Shown here piece by piece: positions 1 to 12,043 of a DNA stretch of 64,000 bases. Made by a program: the position numbers and the translations under genes. The number at the start of each line of letters is the position of its first letter. Position 1 is the first letter of the stretch. The notes below the pieces were generated by a model. That model saw nothing but the letters and a program-made list of their open reading frames with translations. It was not told the origin of the DNA and did no database searches. The DNA is from Trichosphaerium sp. ATCC 40318 (taxonomy: Eukaryota > Protista > Tubulinea): assembly GCA_038496445.1 (NCBI GenBank), contig JALMLS010000332.1, positions 62,001 through 126,000 on the forward strand, written 5' to 3'.

Positions 1-482
1 TTACAAAGAGCTTCCTTTGTTTCTCTAGCGCCGTCATCGTTTACTTTAGAGCGTTTAGCCCGAAAACAACACGTGAAATTTAGGGTTAGGTACCAACAAA
101 AAAATCTGGGTTGAGCTTCCTCATTTCGGGCTCATACGCCAACAAACCTTTGCCTGTTTCCATGTGAACAGCGGTAATGTATTTAATAGACTCTAGAAGC
201 GCTTTGCGCTCAGAAAATGAAAAAAGAGGTGGTCGCCCTTTTCAAAAACTATTAGCGTGGAATTGCCGGTTCACTTGCTCTTACCTTTCAATCTAATGAT
301 ATTTTCATCAGTACCAAGACAAACATTAACTTGGCCATGTTCAGCAGCTCGCCGAAAAAAAGCAATATGACCAGCATGAAGCAAGTCGAAGCATCCACTT
401 ACGACTACCTAAAAGGTCTTTTTTAAACAAAGTTTAAAATAAATTTAAAAAAAACTAAACAACACTTTCGCTTTGATGGCAT
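1..482 (-). CDS. Cytidylyltransferase-family (HxGH nucleotidyltransferase) protein; 5' part, runs off the window start
   Basis: Manual splicing from ATG at 482 gives MPSKRKCFVSGCFDLLHAGHIAFFRRAAEHGQVNVCLGTDENIIRLKGRPPLFSFSERKALLESIKYI...LNPDFFV..VNDDGARETKEALC. It has the GxFDLLHxGH motif and three short introns. Absent from the ORF track. Confidence 0.85.
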
Positions 483-1332
483 TACACGCTTGAACGTACT
501 ACTTTATCTTTATTTGGGTTCATTATACGCTAGCAATAATGATGTGTTGCTTTTATCTTGTTCCCCAGACTTCAAGAGATTATAGAAGACTTAACTGTTT
601 CAATCAACTGATTAAAGGGTTTGCTGTCAAGTACAAAAGTAATGTCACGTTTTGTTTGGAAAATATAAAGGAAATATCACGTGAAAAGTTGTCTCAGTAT
701 ATTGTCCATGTCATTTGACACCAGAAGAAACAATGAAGTATGCGTTTATATGGTTCTGGGTCATAATAAAACGACGCGAAATGTTTTGTTTACCTAATCC
801 GCTTGATTTGTAAAATGACTTCAAACAACTTTTTTTGTGACACTGTCGCTTGAGTATTGCGCTGTAACGACATGAAAACATTGTAGACTAGTTTCGAGCG
901 TTACGTCAGCAATAAAACATACCGCACCTCTAGCTGCGGAGAGAATGCTATAGTTTTACGTACTTTGGCGCTGGTAAGCTGTGCATTTGGTTCTCGTCGA
1001 ACTTTGCAACCGTACAGTGACATGCACCTACTAGTATCTGATTTACGCGATATGTACACTAACTAAGGTCACCATTGGACGTTGTGTCTTTTAGACCGTT
1101 TTTGCTTTGTAAAACCAATGGCTGTGCATTTACCGAACGACTAACCTCAAGCAGTTGTTAGAGCAATTACTTTGGTTGAAACAAATGCGTTGTCGCTATT
1201 GCGTTAAACAAACGGAGTTATTAGGGTAAAGGTATTTTCATGTCGTTACGTGAAACGAATACTTGAAATAAAACCTCAAAAAAATCATAATTCATCAAGC
1301 GCAAAAGCGAGTAACAACAAAACAAACACTAA

Positions 1333-2451
<1,119 letters not shown>

Positions 2452-2686
2452 ATAATATACCGGCTAAAAAATCGCCACCTGTTAAATAAAACCTTGTATT
2501 CTTCTACTCATTTGCCTTTTTTTCGTTTTCATACTAACGACTGTCAATGTATTTAGTACACTTACTTCTGTTTTTGTTTTATCACGTGAAGTATGCAATT
2601 TATTTTCAAATAAAATTAACCAGAAATAAGTTACCTTCGGACAAGATACAACGCAAATACACAACGAAGACATAGGTTCAAGCTTA

Positions 2687-3976
2687 ATGAAACGTAAAAT
2701 GGAAGAAGAACAGACACCAAAGGCTTCACAAAACGTATTTTACCTTACCAGGCTTCCAGTTGAAGTAATAGTGCATATATTACAACAAGGATCATATACA
2801 CTGCGCTCAGCCCAAACATGCCACTTGTTGCGAGAAATCGTTCATAACCATGTTGGATATCCTAAAATCAATGTTACCAGCGAAAGTGAAGTAAAATTTC
2901 TCCACGGGAGTCCTTTATTAAAGAACTCAGTTATTTCTTTTAGTCTATTCCGTAAAGTAACCGACAGCCACTTGCAATTACTAGCAGGCGCTCATTCCAT
3001 CGATTTACGACTCTGCAGCAAAATAACAAATGAAGGATTGAAGGCCTTGGCAGGTGTACACACTATTCACTTACGGTTGTGTATCTCAATAACAGATGAA
3101 GGCGTGAAGGCGTTGGTTGGTGTCCACGTGATTAATTTATCACAAACAAATATAACAGATGAAGGTGTAAAGGCGTTATCTGGTGTACACACTATTCACT
3201 TAGATTGCACAGATGTAACAGATGAAGGTGTAAAGGCATTGTCTGGTGTACATAAAATTGTTTTATCGGAAACAGATGTAACAGATGAAGGTTTGAAAGC
3301 ATTGTCTAGTGTACATACAATCTACTTAAGGCGCTGTAAGTATATAACAGATGAAGGCATCAAAGCGTTGGCTGGTGTACATAAAATCAGGTTATCATAC
3401 ACAAAGGTCACTGACAAAGGTTTGAAGGCGTTGGCTGGTGTACACACTATTCGTTTACGTCATTGTACCTTAATAACAGATGAAGGTGTTAAAGCATTGG
3501 CTGGTGTGCATAAGATTGTTTTGTCACAAACAAATATAACAGATGAAAGTGTGAAGGCATTGTCTGGTGTACATAACATTATTTTATCACAAACAAATAT
3601 AACAGATGAAGGTTTGAAGGCATTGTCTAGTGTACACACTATCCACTTACGCTGTTGTGATTCAATAACAGATGAAGGTTTGAAAGCATTGTCTAGTGTA
3701 CATACAATTAACTTGAGTCTAACAAACGTAACAGACAATGGTATTTCGGTGTTGGCTGGTGTACATAAGATAGACTTATCACAAACAAATATAACAGATG
3801 AAGGTTTGAAGTCATTGTCTAGTGTACACACTATCTACCTACGTCACTGTAACTCAATAACAGATGGAGGTTTGAAAGCATTGGTGGGTGTGCACACTAT
3901 CGATTTGTCCAACTGCTACAAGATAACAGATGAAGGCGTTAAGGTATTAAGTGGTGCACATAAGATAGAAATCTAA
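2687..3976 (+). CDS. Intronless F-box-like + leucine-rich-repeat protein (about 16 short 21/22-aa LRRs)
   Basis: 429-aa ORF. N-terminal LTRLPVEVIVHIL...TC is F-box-like. Tandem ITDEG(L/V)KAL(S/A)GVHxIxL repeats follow. Confidence 0.9.
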   Translation: MKRKMEEEQTPKASQNVFYLTRLPVEVIVHILQQGSYTLRSAQTCHLLREIVHNHVGYPKINVTSESEVKFLHGSPLLKNSVISFSLFRKVTDSHLQLLAGAHSIDLRLCSKITNEGLKALAGVHTIHLRLCISITDEGVKALVGVHVINLSQTNITDEGVKALSGVHTIHLDCTDVTDEGVKALSGVHKIVLSETDVTDEGLKALSSVHTIYLRRCKYITDEGIKALAGVHKIRLSYTKVTDKGLKALAGVHTIRLRHCTLITDEGVKALAGVHKIVLSQTNITDESVKALSGVHNIILSQTNITDEGLKALSSVHTIHLRCCDSITDEGLKALSSVHTINLSLTNVTDNGISVLAGVHKIDLSQTNITDEGLKSLSSVHTIYLRHCNSITDGGLKALVGVHTIDLSNCYKITDEGVKVLSGAHKIEI

Positions 3977-4240
3977 TTAAAAAAGAATGGAAACGCTAAA
4001 CCCTTGTATTCTAATCTTTGAAGGTATCTCCATGTAGCTACTCTGCTATCTATAATAAATTTAGTTTCTCATTAGTATTTGAGTGTAGGTTACCAATGAT
4101 TTGCACTTAATAATTAGTGCAGTATGGGCATTATTGGTTTGCTTGTGTACAGTTTATTGCAACTTCTTATTATCAATTATCTTTCAAAAAACATGTGAGT
4201 GCCCTCAAGAAAAGCAAAAAGGATGTGAAAGGTGATCGTG

Positions 4241-4618
4241 TCAATTGGTTTTAAGTCTCCGGGAAATCCCGAAGAGGGGGGAGGTAGGAGTTTGAAAGGG
4301 CCACATGACACCTCTCAAAGCTCGAATGTCGAAGTAAATTCCGTCGTCGTAGTAATAGTCATATGATAAGTCCTCTTTTCGTCGGTACATCAGCTCGTAT
4401 TTTAGTAAGTATTTGTTTTGCGTATTGCCGATGGACCAACGGGACGTGTCATATGCTACCACTTGTGACATTAATGTCACAGCGAAATAACTCGAAACCC
4501 AAGCTAAGAGATTGTGCATGGACGTCTTTTTCAAGACTCCTTTACACGAACACTCAGTACGTAGTAGAGTTATATATTTATGTAGAAGCATTGAACTGCA
4601 CCTATTTTCACTATCCAT
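4241..4618 (-). CDS. Hypothetical protein (125-aa ORF)
   Basis: ATG-initiated ORF in otherwise unassigned space. No family recognised. Confidence 0.3.
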   Translation of the reverse strand: MDSENRCSSMLLHKYITLLRTECSCKGVLKKTSMHNLLAWVSSYFAVTLMSQVVAYDTSRWSIGNTQNKYLLKYELMYRRKEDLSYDYYYDDGIYFDIRALRGVMWPFQTPTSPLFGISRRLKTN

Positions 4619-4953
4619 TAGTATTGTAGATTATAGTGGTATTTAAAGAAGCCGAACTGACCAAGAAAAAAAAAGTGGGCAAAAAACTTGCGAGATTTCC
4701 ATTTTTCATCAAATTGACTTTTTCTGTGAATATGTGACTAAAAAAGTCAACCGTACGTAGTCAACCATTCAAGCCTTGGAATGGTTTATGTTGTGAAGTA
4801 AGACGAATTTTATTTCAGACAGGAAAGGTATGGGAAAAAAACGATTAATGAGCTTTTCTATCAACTATTTTTTTTTTGAGTCAAACTTTTGTTATTCTCT
4901 TGGCGTTTAAACAAAACAAAAGTAAAATTTATTGTCTATATGTGTGTTATACA

Positions 4954-7900
4954 TTAATTATTTGCAAGGTATTCATTCAGATCCTTCTTCACTGGTACTT
5001 TCTTTAAGCAACCCTTCCTTCTCTGCATCTTCACACTTTTTCTTCCATTTGTCACGCCCACTCTTTGCCTTGTCCATCTGAACTTGTAGCCTAGGAAAAG
5101 AAACATTAGCTTCACTGATACACGTATTAAACTGGCGTACTCAGTTAATCTGTCTTTTAGATCTTGTATACGAGTATGAATATCTTCGGTAACATTTAGT
5201 TGAGAATCATCTCGTGAATCAGGAATAGTAGGTCCTATCGAGGCAGCCATTTGAAAAGAAGAATCTGTCCTACTATTTGTATACTCTGGGAAGTCTGTAT
5301 TATTACCCCACATTATATAGTGTACGCCCAAAAGAAGCACAGTGAATACTAAAAAAAAAATTAAATTAATTTAAAAGAACAATTTCTTATTAGACTTTGT
5401 TTCACGTGAATGTCACGTTTTCGAGGTTTTTTAACGTACCTACTGAGCATATGATACATAGAGATGTGAAAACAAACACTGTGGTATCAATACCACGTCC
5501 AGTTTTATCTCCAAGACTGAGAAGAATAGCGAACATTATAATTGTAAAGATACCCACATTATAAATAGCAAATGCGAGAGCTTTTGAGAAGTGGACGCTT
5601 ATTATGTTTGTTTTGGTAACAAAATAAGCAAATAAGCACCCAATGGCAACAAAGACAAGCTAAATAAGAAATTCCATAATTAGAGCAACACGTGTCAAAT
5701 AATTAAAGACGAGAAAAATGTTGTTTTTTGTTGCTGGAACTTACCTTTTCTGCGGCTAGAATTACGTCGAAAGCATCTTTAACAACATCGGAGTTTTCAC
5801 AAGTTATGAATGTTGTAGATAAATCAAAGTCGTCAGGGGATGTAGTAACACTCTTAGGATCTGCAAGTACTGAAAATAGTACAAGTACTACTGTATCAAT
5901 AATAACAAGTCCAAGTACTATGACAAGAACAGATCTCATGCTATTTCCATTGTAAGACTATTTAAAACAATAATCACGTGGCGTTATGTACCTGACGTTT
6001 CGCCTTGTATTCTTTCCTCTATTTATAACCCAAGCTAATATCGCTGTAGCAACAAGTGTCCTTTGCAGATTATAAGAGGATGAAAAAGTTGAGGTAAGTA
6101 ATTAAATACCCGAATGCAAGTGTAAAACCAAGATGAAAAGTGTATTTCTGTAAGTGACAACAAACATCAGAGTCAATAGCTGGCGTCCATATAAAAATAG
6201 TAGATCTAGATAATGTCAGTTCATGTTAAAGGAAAGCGATGAGGTAGAAATTAGTTACGTACATCATAATAATACAACCAAAAGTAAGTAGAACAGAGAA
6301 TAAAGGAAATGGTCTTCTGTTTCTCTACACGTGATTTTTAGCTACAACGTTTGGTATGAGACAAAAAAAATTGACGTTACCAGCTCGCCTACTATTACTA
6401 CTACACAATACGCTACACAAAGAAGTATCGCAATTCCAGCAATAATAGAAATTGGTACTTCACCAAAAGTTCCTTTACAGAATTGTGTTAGTTTTTTTTT
6501 TTGTGTTTTTGTGTGTGCCACGTACCCCACTCTAATTCAGGCGATCTGTTTTCAAATGGCGTTACAGGATAAACAATACTCCCAGTTGACGCTTTGTATA
6601 ACAGTTAAGATGGGTGTGAGGTTCTAGTAGCTCTGCGAACTGTTTGTGATGTGCACGTACCTTCAATTGGGTAAAGAATTTCTGCTTTGTCTATTACATA
6701 AGTACCACCTCTGTTTTGGACCTAAACAAATCTTAAACTGGTGATCGCAAAAAGCACACTGTTGCGTACCTGTATGAGATAAGGTTTCCATTTCTGACCG
6801 TGTGTAACGTCCCAAGAGTATTCACCATTAAATGTACTATTTGAAGAAAAAAAATGAGAAAATATTAAACACGTGAAGTGTTCGTATTCTATTTACACGT
6901 CGTAGACGTAGCTGACGTAGTTCAAACGTAAATAAAAATTAGAATACACGTACGCAAACTTACGTCTTAACATCGCTTTCTTAATAACTTCATGATCGAA
7001 AGTCTGTTCAGCCTAAATAAGATTGTTAGATTTTTGCCACAACCACGTTTTTCTTTCTTTCGAAAAATCACACAAATCGTACTTCGATTGTTTGTATTAG
7101 AAAAGATCCGGAAAGAAATGAAGTCAAGAAGAAAAGACTAGTAACATCATCTGCATCCTCTCCAGTAAAATTTGCAAGATTTTGGAGATATGTAGTATAG
7201 TTTCCTGCATGGAAAGTATCAGGTTTGTTGAATTGTGTCTTCAAAAGAGTCGACTCTGTAATTGCACAATGCATATTGGCTAGTGAAAAGAAGTAAGTAC
7301 GGTGGTGTAGATACAATACTAGTTACCTCCATTTGTTCTATTCATCATGTAACTCTCACCCATCAACACGTGGAAGACCATCGTTGGCGCCCTTGTGATT
7401 TTAGTAAGAAAATGTATTATTTTTATTCATTAAGTTTTACCATTCCATGTCTTCCATCTCTTTGTTCAAAAGTCTGCTCTGACTCTCCCATGTTAAATCA
7501 TATATAACATCAACATCTTTGTATTTCTATACAGCGTTTTTAGAGTCTATGTAGATAGTCAAACTAATAGCAATACTCACCTCCCTCGCCATACGTATGG
7601 CTGTTGTAGTATTTTCAAAAACATCCGGTTCAAGTTCGCTCAAATCTCTGTTATCGGTTGATAAAATGAACACTGAATATGGTGTTATACCCAAGTGTAA
7701 TTTTAGTCCAGCAACTAAACTCTAAACGAAGAAGGGTTACCAAAACTAAAAAACTAAACACCAAAAAAAAAAAAAAAAGCTGTGTCTGAAAACCAACACA
7801 ACTAAAGACAGTGATACGTACGTCGTAATAAGTTTCTAAGTCTGATCTTAGTTGTCTTATAATTAATACGGTCTTGGCATTATTCAGTCGTAGAAACGGG

Positions 7901-8732
7901 AAAGTACCATCCCAGTACCTTCGGAAGTCATAAGAACCAAAAAGAAAGCAAAAAAACCCAATAACCAAAAAAAGAAAAATAAATTGTCGAGCACTGACGT
8001 GACGACTGTAGCTTGGACTTATATTTCATCATAGAAATACAAGAAATCTAGACTACGATAGTAGTAAAGGTGCACCAAAGATCAAAGCAAAAAAAAAACA
8101 TTTTGACAAAAGAAATCTCCGTACGACTTTAAAGCGACCCTCATTGGTATAACAGAATTATAATCAAACCAACTTTCTTGAGAAGCAACCCCGGGATCAA
8201 TCTGTGTTTTTTTTGGTTAGATTTTTTGAAACGAAGTTGAAAAAAGAAAAGCAAAAAAATACTATCACCAAAAAAAAATCACGTGCCCTGAAACAGTTAG
8301 GTTCGTCATCAATTACATCCGAAATTTGGCTAAACCAATTATCATACCCACCAATCAAGAACTTTTTATCATCACCACCTTGTATCGCCTTACACCACTC
8401 AAGGTAGTCCTGAGTTCGAATGTTTAGAAGTTTTCTGCATGAATAGTCCCAATACGTACATTTTGTTTTTGAGTGATGTTCTCTCCTGAGTCCCTCGTAG
8501 TTATTTTTACGTCATAGGTTACTCCGTTAACCTGAACGCCACCGCGTTTGTTTATCCAGTCAGCAAAGAACTCAAGGCCAGTCTTAATACGTCTTTCAAA
8601 TACGCCAGTGATGAATGCTCGAAAAGAAACTGTTTCCGCAAGAGAAGCAACGAGCTCTATTGTATTGTTCTGTGGAGTCTGGCATACGCCTAAAACTACA
8701 AATATAGCTATAATGAGTACCAGTCTCGTCAT
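4954..8732 (-). CDS. Family C (GABA-B/Grl-like) GPCR: signal peptide, periplasmic-binding-protein-like ectodomain, 7TM; multi-exon
   Basis: Signal peptide MTRLVLIIAIFVVLGVC. GLEFFADWINKRGGVQVNGVTYDVKI matches the start of a Venus-flytrap/branched-chain amino acid binding fold. TM exons at about 5440-6500 include SKALAFAIYN, typical of class C TM6. Stop at 4954. Confidence 0.8.
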
Positions 8733-9071
8733 AGGTTAGAGTGTGGGTTGTGGTGTAGTTCTATAGAAGAAATTATGACTTTGTTGGAAATAAATGCTTC
8801 TTTTTTTAACAAAAAAGTTACATAGTTATGTTCCGGTTAGTTGGCTTTATGGCAGCTATACACGCGACCCCAAGCGCCGCCAACACATTCAATAAGCTGC
8901 AGTACACAAAATATATACTCCTGGTTATCTCTATAGTGAATACAAAGCGTAGGCATGCCAGAAAAAAAACAATGTTAAAATCCAAACTATTTGTAGCTCC
9001 AGTGTATTCTCAGGTGTACTTATGGGTTTTCATATATTCTTATGATACTTCCAACCCAACTGAGATTATTC

Positions 9072-10842
9072 ATGGATACTACTGTAGGCTTCGCCGACAA
9101 TATGTCAAGAGGAAATAATTTTGATACGAAAAAGCGAAAAATATTTTTTATTGGTCACAAAATACTTGTTACTACTGCACAGTGATTCAGTTTGTGTCAT
9201 TTTTTTTCTTTTTTTACGACATAGAGTGCCCTGTGTTTATCTCGAGGTATCCCAAACATACACTTTTTCAGGAGACGCTTCAATACAAAGGACAACAAGC
9301 CGCAATAAGTCAAGCTGAAAACAGAATACAAGCCATCAAGAGTACCGTTTGATGCACGTGCGTCGTATAGTCTTTGTACATCACGAGCCGGAGTTCAGCC
9401 TTGGTTTATGAGATGTTGCGAGTGTGCCAGGTAAAATGAGAAACCACAGAAACCTCATTATGTGGTTTAATTAAGTCGGTATTAAAAAACTTGTTGGTGG
9501 TGGTTTTCAACTAAGCTGGAGTAAGTTCAAATGCTTTCGAAAAACATTTTAACGTTTCAAAGTGAAAGGGCTAGTATCAAGGCTAAGCCTCCCAAAAGGA
9601 GGGCGTTTTGAAACGAGTATAATATCTGTACTTCAGTTTATATCTGATAGCGAGGTATACGCAGCTTTGAGCGTATTTACAGCGTTCGTAACGTTTTCCG
9701 CTTTACTTTTCGTTGTTATCGAAGGTAAACGACTACAAAATAGTATAAATCTCATCTTAGCGTTGTTTAGGTTGGTTTGGTGGACACGTAGAATTTGGAT
9801 TTATTGGCGCGGTTTATTTCATCTTTACAACCATTACAACCGTGGGTTATGGCGATGTAGTACCTCAAACGAGTGCGTAATGCAATTTTAAAAAAAACTG
9901 ACAGCCTGTTGTACATTTAACGTTTGACGCGTTTAACGTCTCTAATAGTACTTGGATCTATAGTAAACGTAATTATTGGTCACGTTGGTGTTGGTTTGTG
10001 CTATTATGTCTTCGAAGTTACAACGAGCGCAACATTATCTTGGGTAGACTCTATAACGCGGATACAGCATTTAAATCTTTTTCCTGCGTTAACGAAATCA
10101 ACACGTTTTCGTAAACTGTTTTGGGCCGTTATCATCTATTTGGTGCTTGTTATAGAGTCTGCTATTTTATTTGGCATGTTAGAGACACATCATGATGGTA
10201 CGTTGAGTTTTAAACGAAAGAAACTGCAAAACTTTCGGGCGGTTTTTTTTTTTTGAGTGGAGTTTTTTCTTTGTTTGTTCGTTTTATCACGTGTTGACGT
10301 GTTTAAAAGGTAATCAATGGCATTTTTGGCAAGGCACATGGTTTAGTTTTGTAACACTTACTACGATGGGTTATGGAGATTTTGCCCCAAAGACATCTAT
10401 GGGCAGACTTCTTGTTGTTGTAAGTTTCTATTATTTATTTTTTTTTAAAATCGAGTTGAGTCTTCCTTACGTACAATAATAGGTCAATGGTACCCTCGGT
10501 TTTGGTATGGTTGTATTCATATTTGGTTCTCTTGGTACTTATATCGTTAAATTAATCCGTGATTGGGCTACAAATGAACTGACAGAACTAGCCAAGGCAC
10601 GAACTCTTTTTTTTTGAATTAAATGGATTCTTTTTTCTTAAATTTGACACTTCGCCTAGGCTCGGCCCTCTCTTTCTCCTAGGAGTCCTCGTTTTGAGAG
10701 CCATGACTTTGATCGTGTTAGTGCATATTTAGATACTTGCATTATGCAAACATCAACTCCAAGGGAACGTGAAGGTCTGTTAGCAATATTTAAGGAAGCA
10801 CAAAAACAACTTGAAGTAAAAAAGTACAAGAAAGTTGAATGA
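9072..10842 (+). CDS. Two-pore-domain potassium channel (K2P/TPK-like); start position uncertain
   Basis: Two pore loops: YFIFTTITTVGYGDVVP (about 9815-9865) and WFSFVTLTTMGYGDFAP (about 10340-10390), each flanked by TM helices. Stop TGA at 10840-10842. Confidence 0.85.
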
Positions 10843-10994
10843 TTGATTTATTGCCCACCACTGTAAAAAAAAAAATAAAGTATTTTATATTATTACTAAG
10901 AAGCCATTGTAAAACTTCGTGAAGAATTCTTTTTTCTCAAGGGCTCAACCGTATTGGAATGCAGGTACTCTGAAACATAAAACAACATTTTATT

Positions 10995-11951
10995 TTAACC
11001 ACGTGTTTTAACATGATGTAGTATGACACCTTGAAGTTCCAAAGCATTCATTATTTTTGTACTCAGCTGTCCGCTATGAAACAAATATTTCAAACCAACT
11101 AATTTTAGTACACCTTCACCACTTATACATAAGCAATCATTAATATGAAGTGATTTTACACCAACTAAAGATGCAATACCAACATCTGTAACAGATTGAC
11201 AACCCGAGATATCAATTGTGTTTACTTCCAATCCTTTGAGCCCTTCATCTGTTACTTTAGTATATGCTAACTCAATATTGTATACACCAGATAATGCTTG
11301 TAAGCCTTCATCTGTCACATTGGTATACGATAAATTAATTCGATATACTCCAGCTAACGCTTTTATCCCTTCGTCCGTTATAGACCAACAATACCTCAAC
11401 TCAATACTGTGCACACCTTTTAATGCCTTCAAACCCTCATCTGTAACTGTATGAATACCAGATAAATCAATCTCATGGACCCCAGCTAAGGCTTTAATGC
11501 CTACATCTGATACAGCTGTGTTTTGTAAATTGATTGTGTGCACTCCAGCTAAAGCTTTGATACCTTCATCTGTTACTGAAGTACCATCAAGGTAAATGGT
11601 ATGTACTCCTTTTAGCGCTTTTATGCCTTCATCTGTAACACCCTTGCATTCAGAAAGCTGCACTGTCTTTACACCTTTAAGTAGCTTCAAATGACTATCG
11701 TTTAAGATGTGTAGGATAAAAAACAAACCAATTGGCGTATTCTGAAGTAAAGGGCTTCCAGAAAGCAATTCCACCTCATCTATACTTGAGATATTGATAT
11801 AGGGGTATCCTACGTGGTTATTGACGATATCTCGAATGAAACGGCATGTTTGAGCTGAGCGTAGTGTAAACGAGCCGCATTTAAGAATATGAACTATCAG
11901 TTCAACTGGCATGCCCAAGAGGTTGAAGTTGTCATTAAACTCACGTTCCAT
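10995..11951 (-). CDS. Intronless F-box-like + LRR protein, paralogue of 2687..3976
   Basis: Shares the N-terminal PVE.IVHIL..GS.TLRSAQTC...NHVGYP.IN and the VTDEG(I/L)KAL.GVH.I.L repeats, with fewer units. Confidence 0.9.
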   Translation of the reverse strand: MEREFNDNFNLLGMPVELIVHILKCGSFTLRSAQTCRFIRDIVNNHVGYPYINISSIDEVELLSGSPLLQNTPIGLFFILHILNDSHLKLLKGVKTVQLSECKGVTDEGIKALKGVHTIYLDGTSVTDEGIKALAGVHTINLQNTAVSDVGIKALAGVHEIDLSGIHTVTDEGLKALKGVHSIELRYCWSITDEGIKALAGVYRINLSYTNVTDEGLQALSGVYNIELAYTKVTDEGLKGLEVNTIDISGCQSVTDVGIASLVGVKSLHINDCLCISGEGVLKLVGLKYLFHSGQLSTKIMNALELQGVILHHVKTRG

Positions 11952-12043
11952 TGTGCCGCTAGTGTAAAAATAGGCAGCTTTTGAAGAGCTTGCTTAAATG
12001 GTAGGTTTATTAAGTTATTGTTTTGGTTTTAACTCGTGCCAGC

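Noticed and set aside
79-90. Telomere-like TTAGGGTTAGG
   Set aside because: Under two units long and inside an intron of the cytidylyltransferase gene, so probably chance.
510-1241. Possible Cys-rich multi-exon gene on the minus strand between the cytidylyltransferase and polyubiquitin
   Set aside because: Three putative exons join in frame, but I could not find a consistent start and end or any homology. RNA-seq is needed.
2990-3960. CRISPR-like periodic repeat with variable spacers (63/66-bp period)
   Set aside because: Entirely in-frame LRR coding repeats in a eukaryotic gene, with no cas genes.
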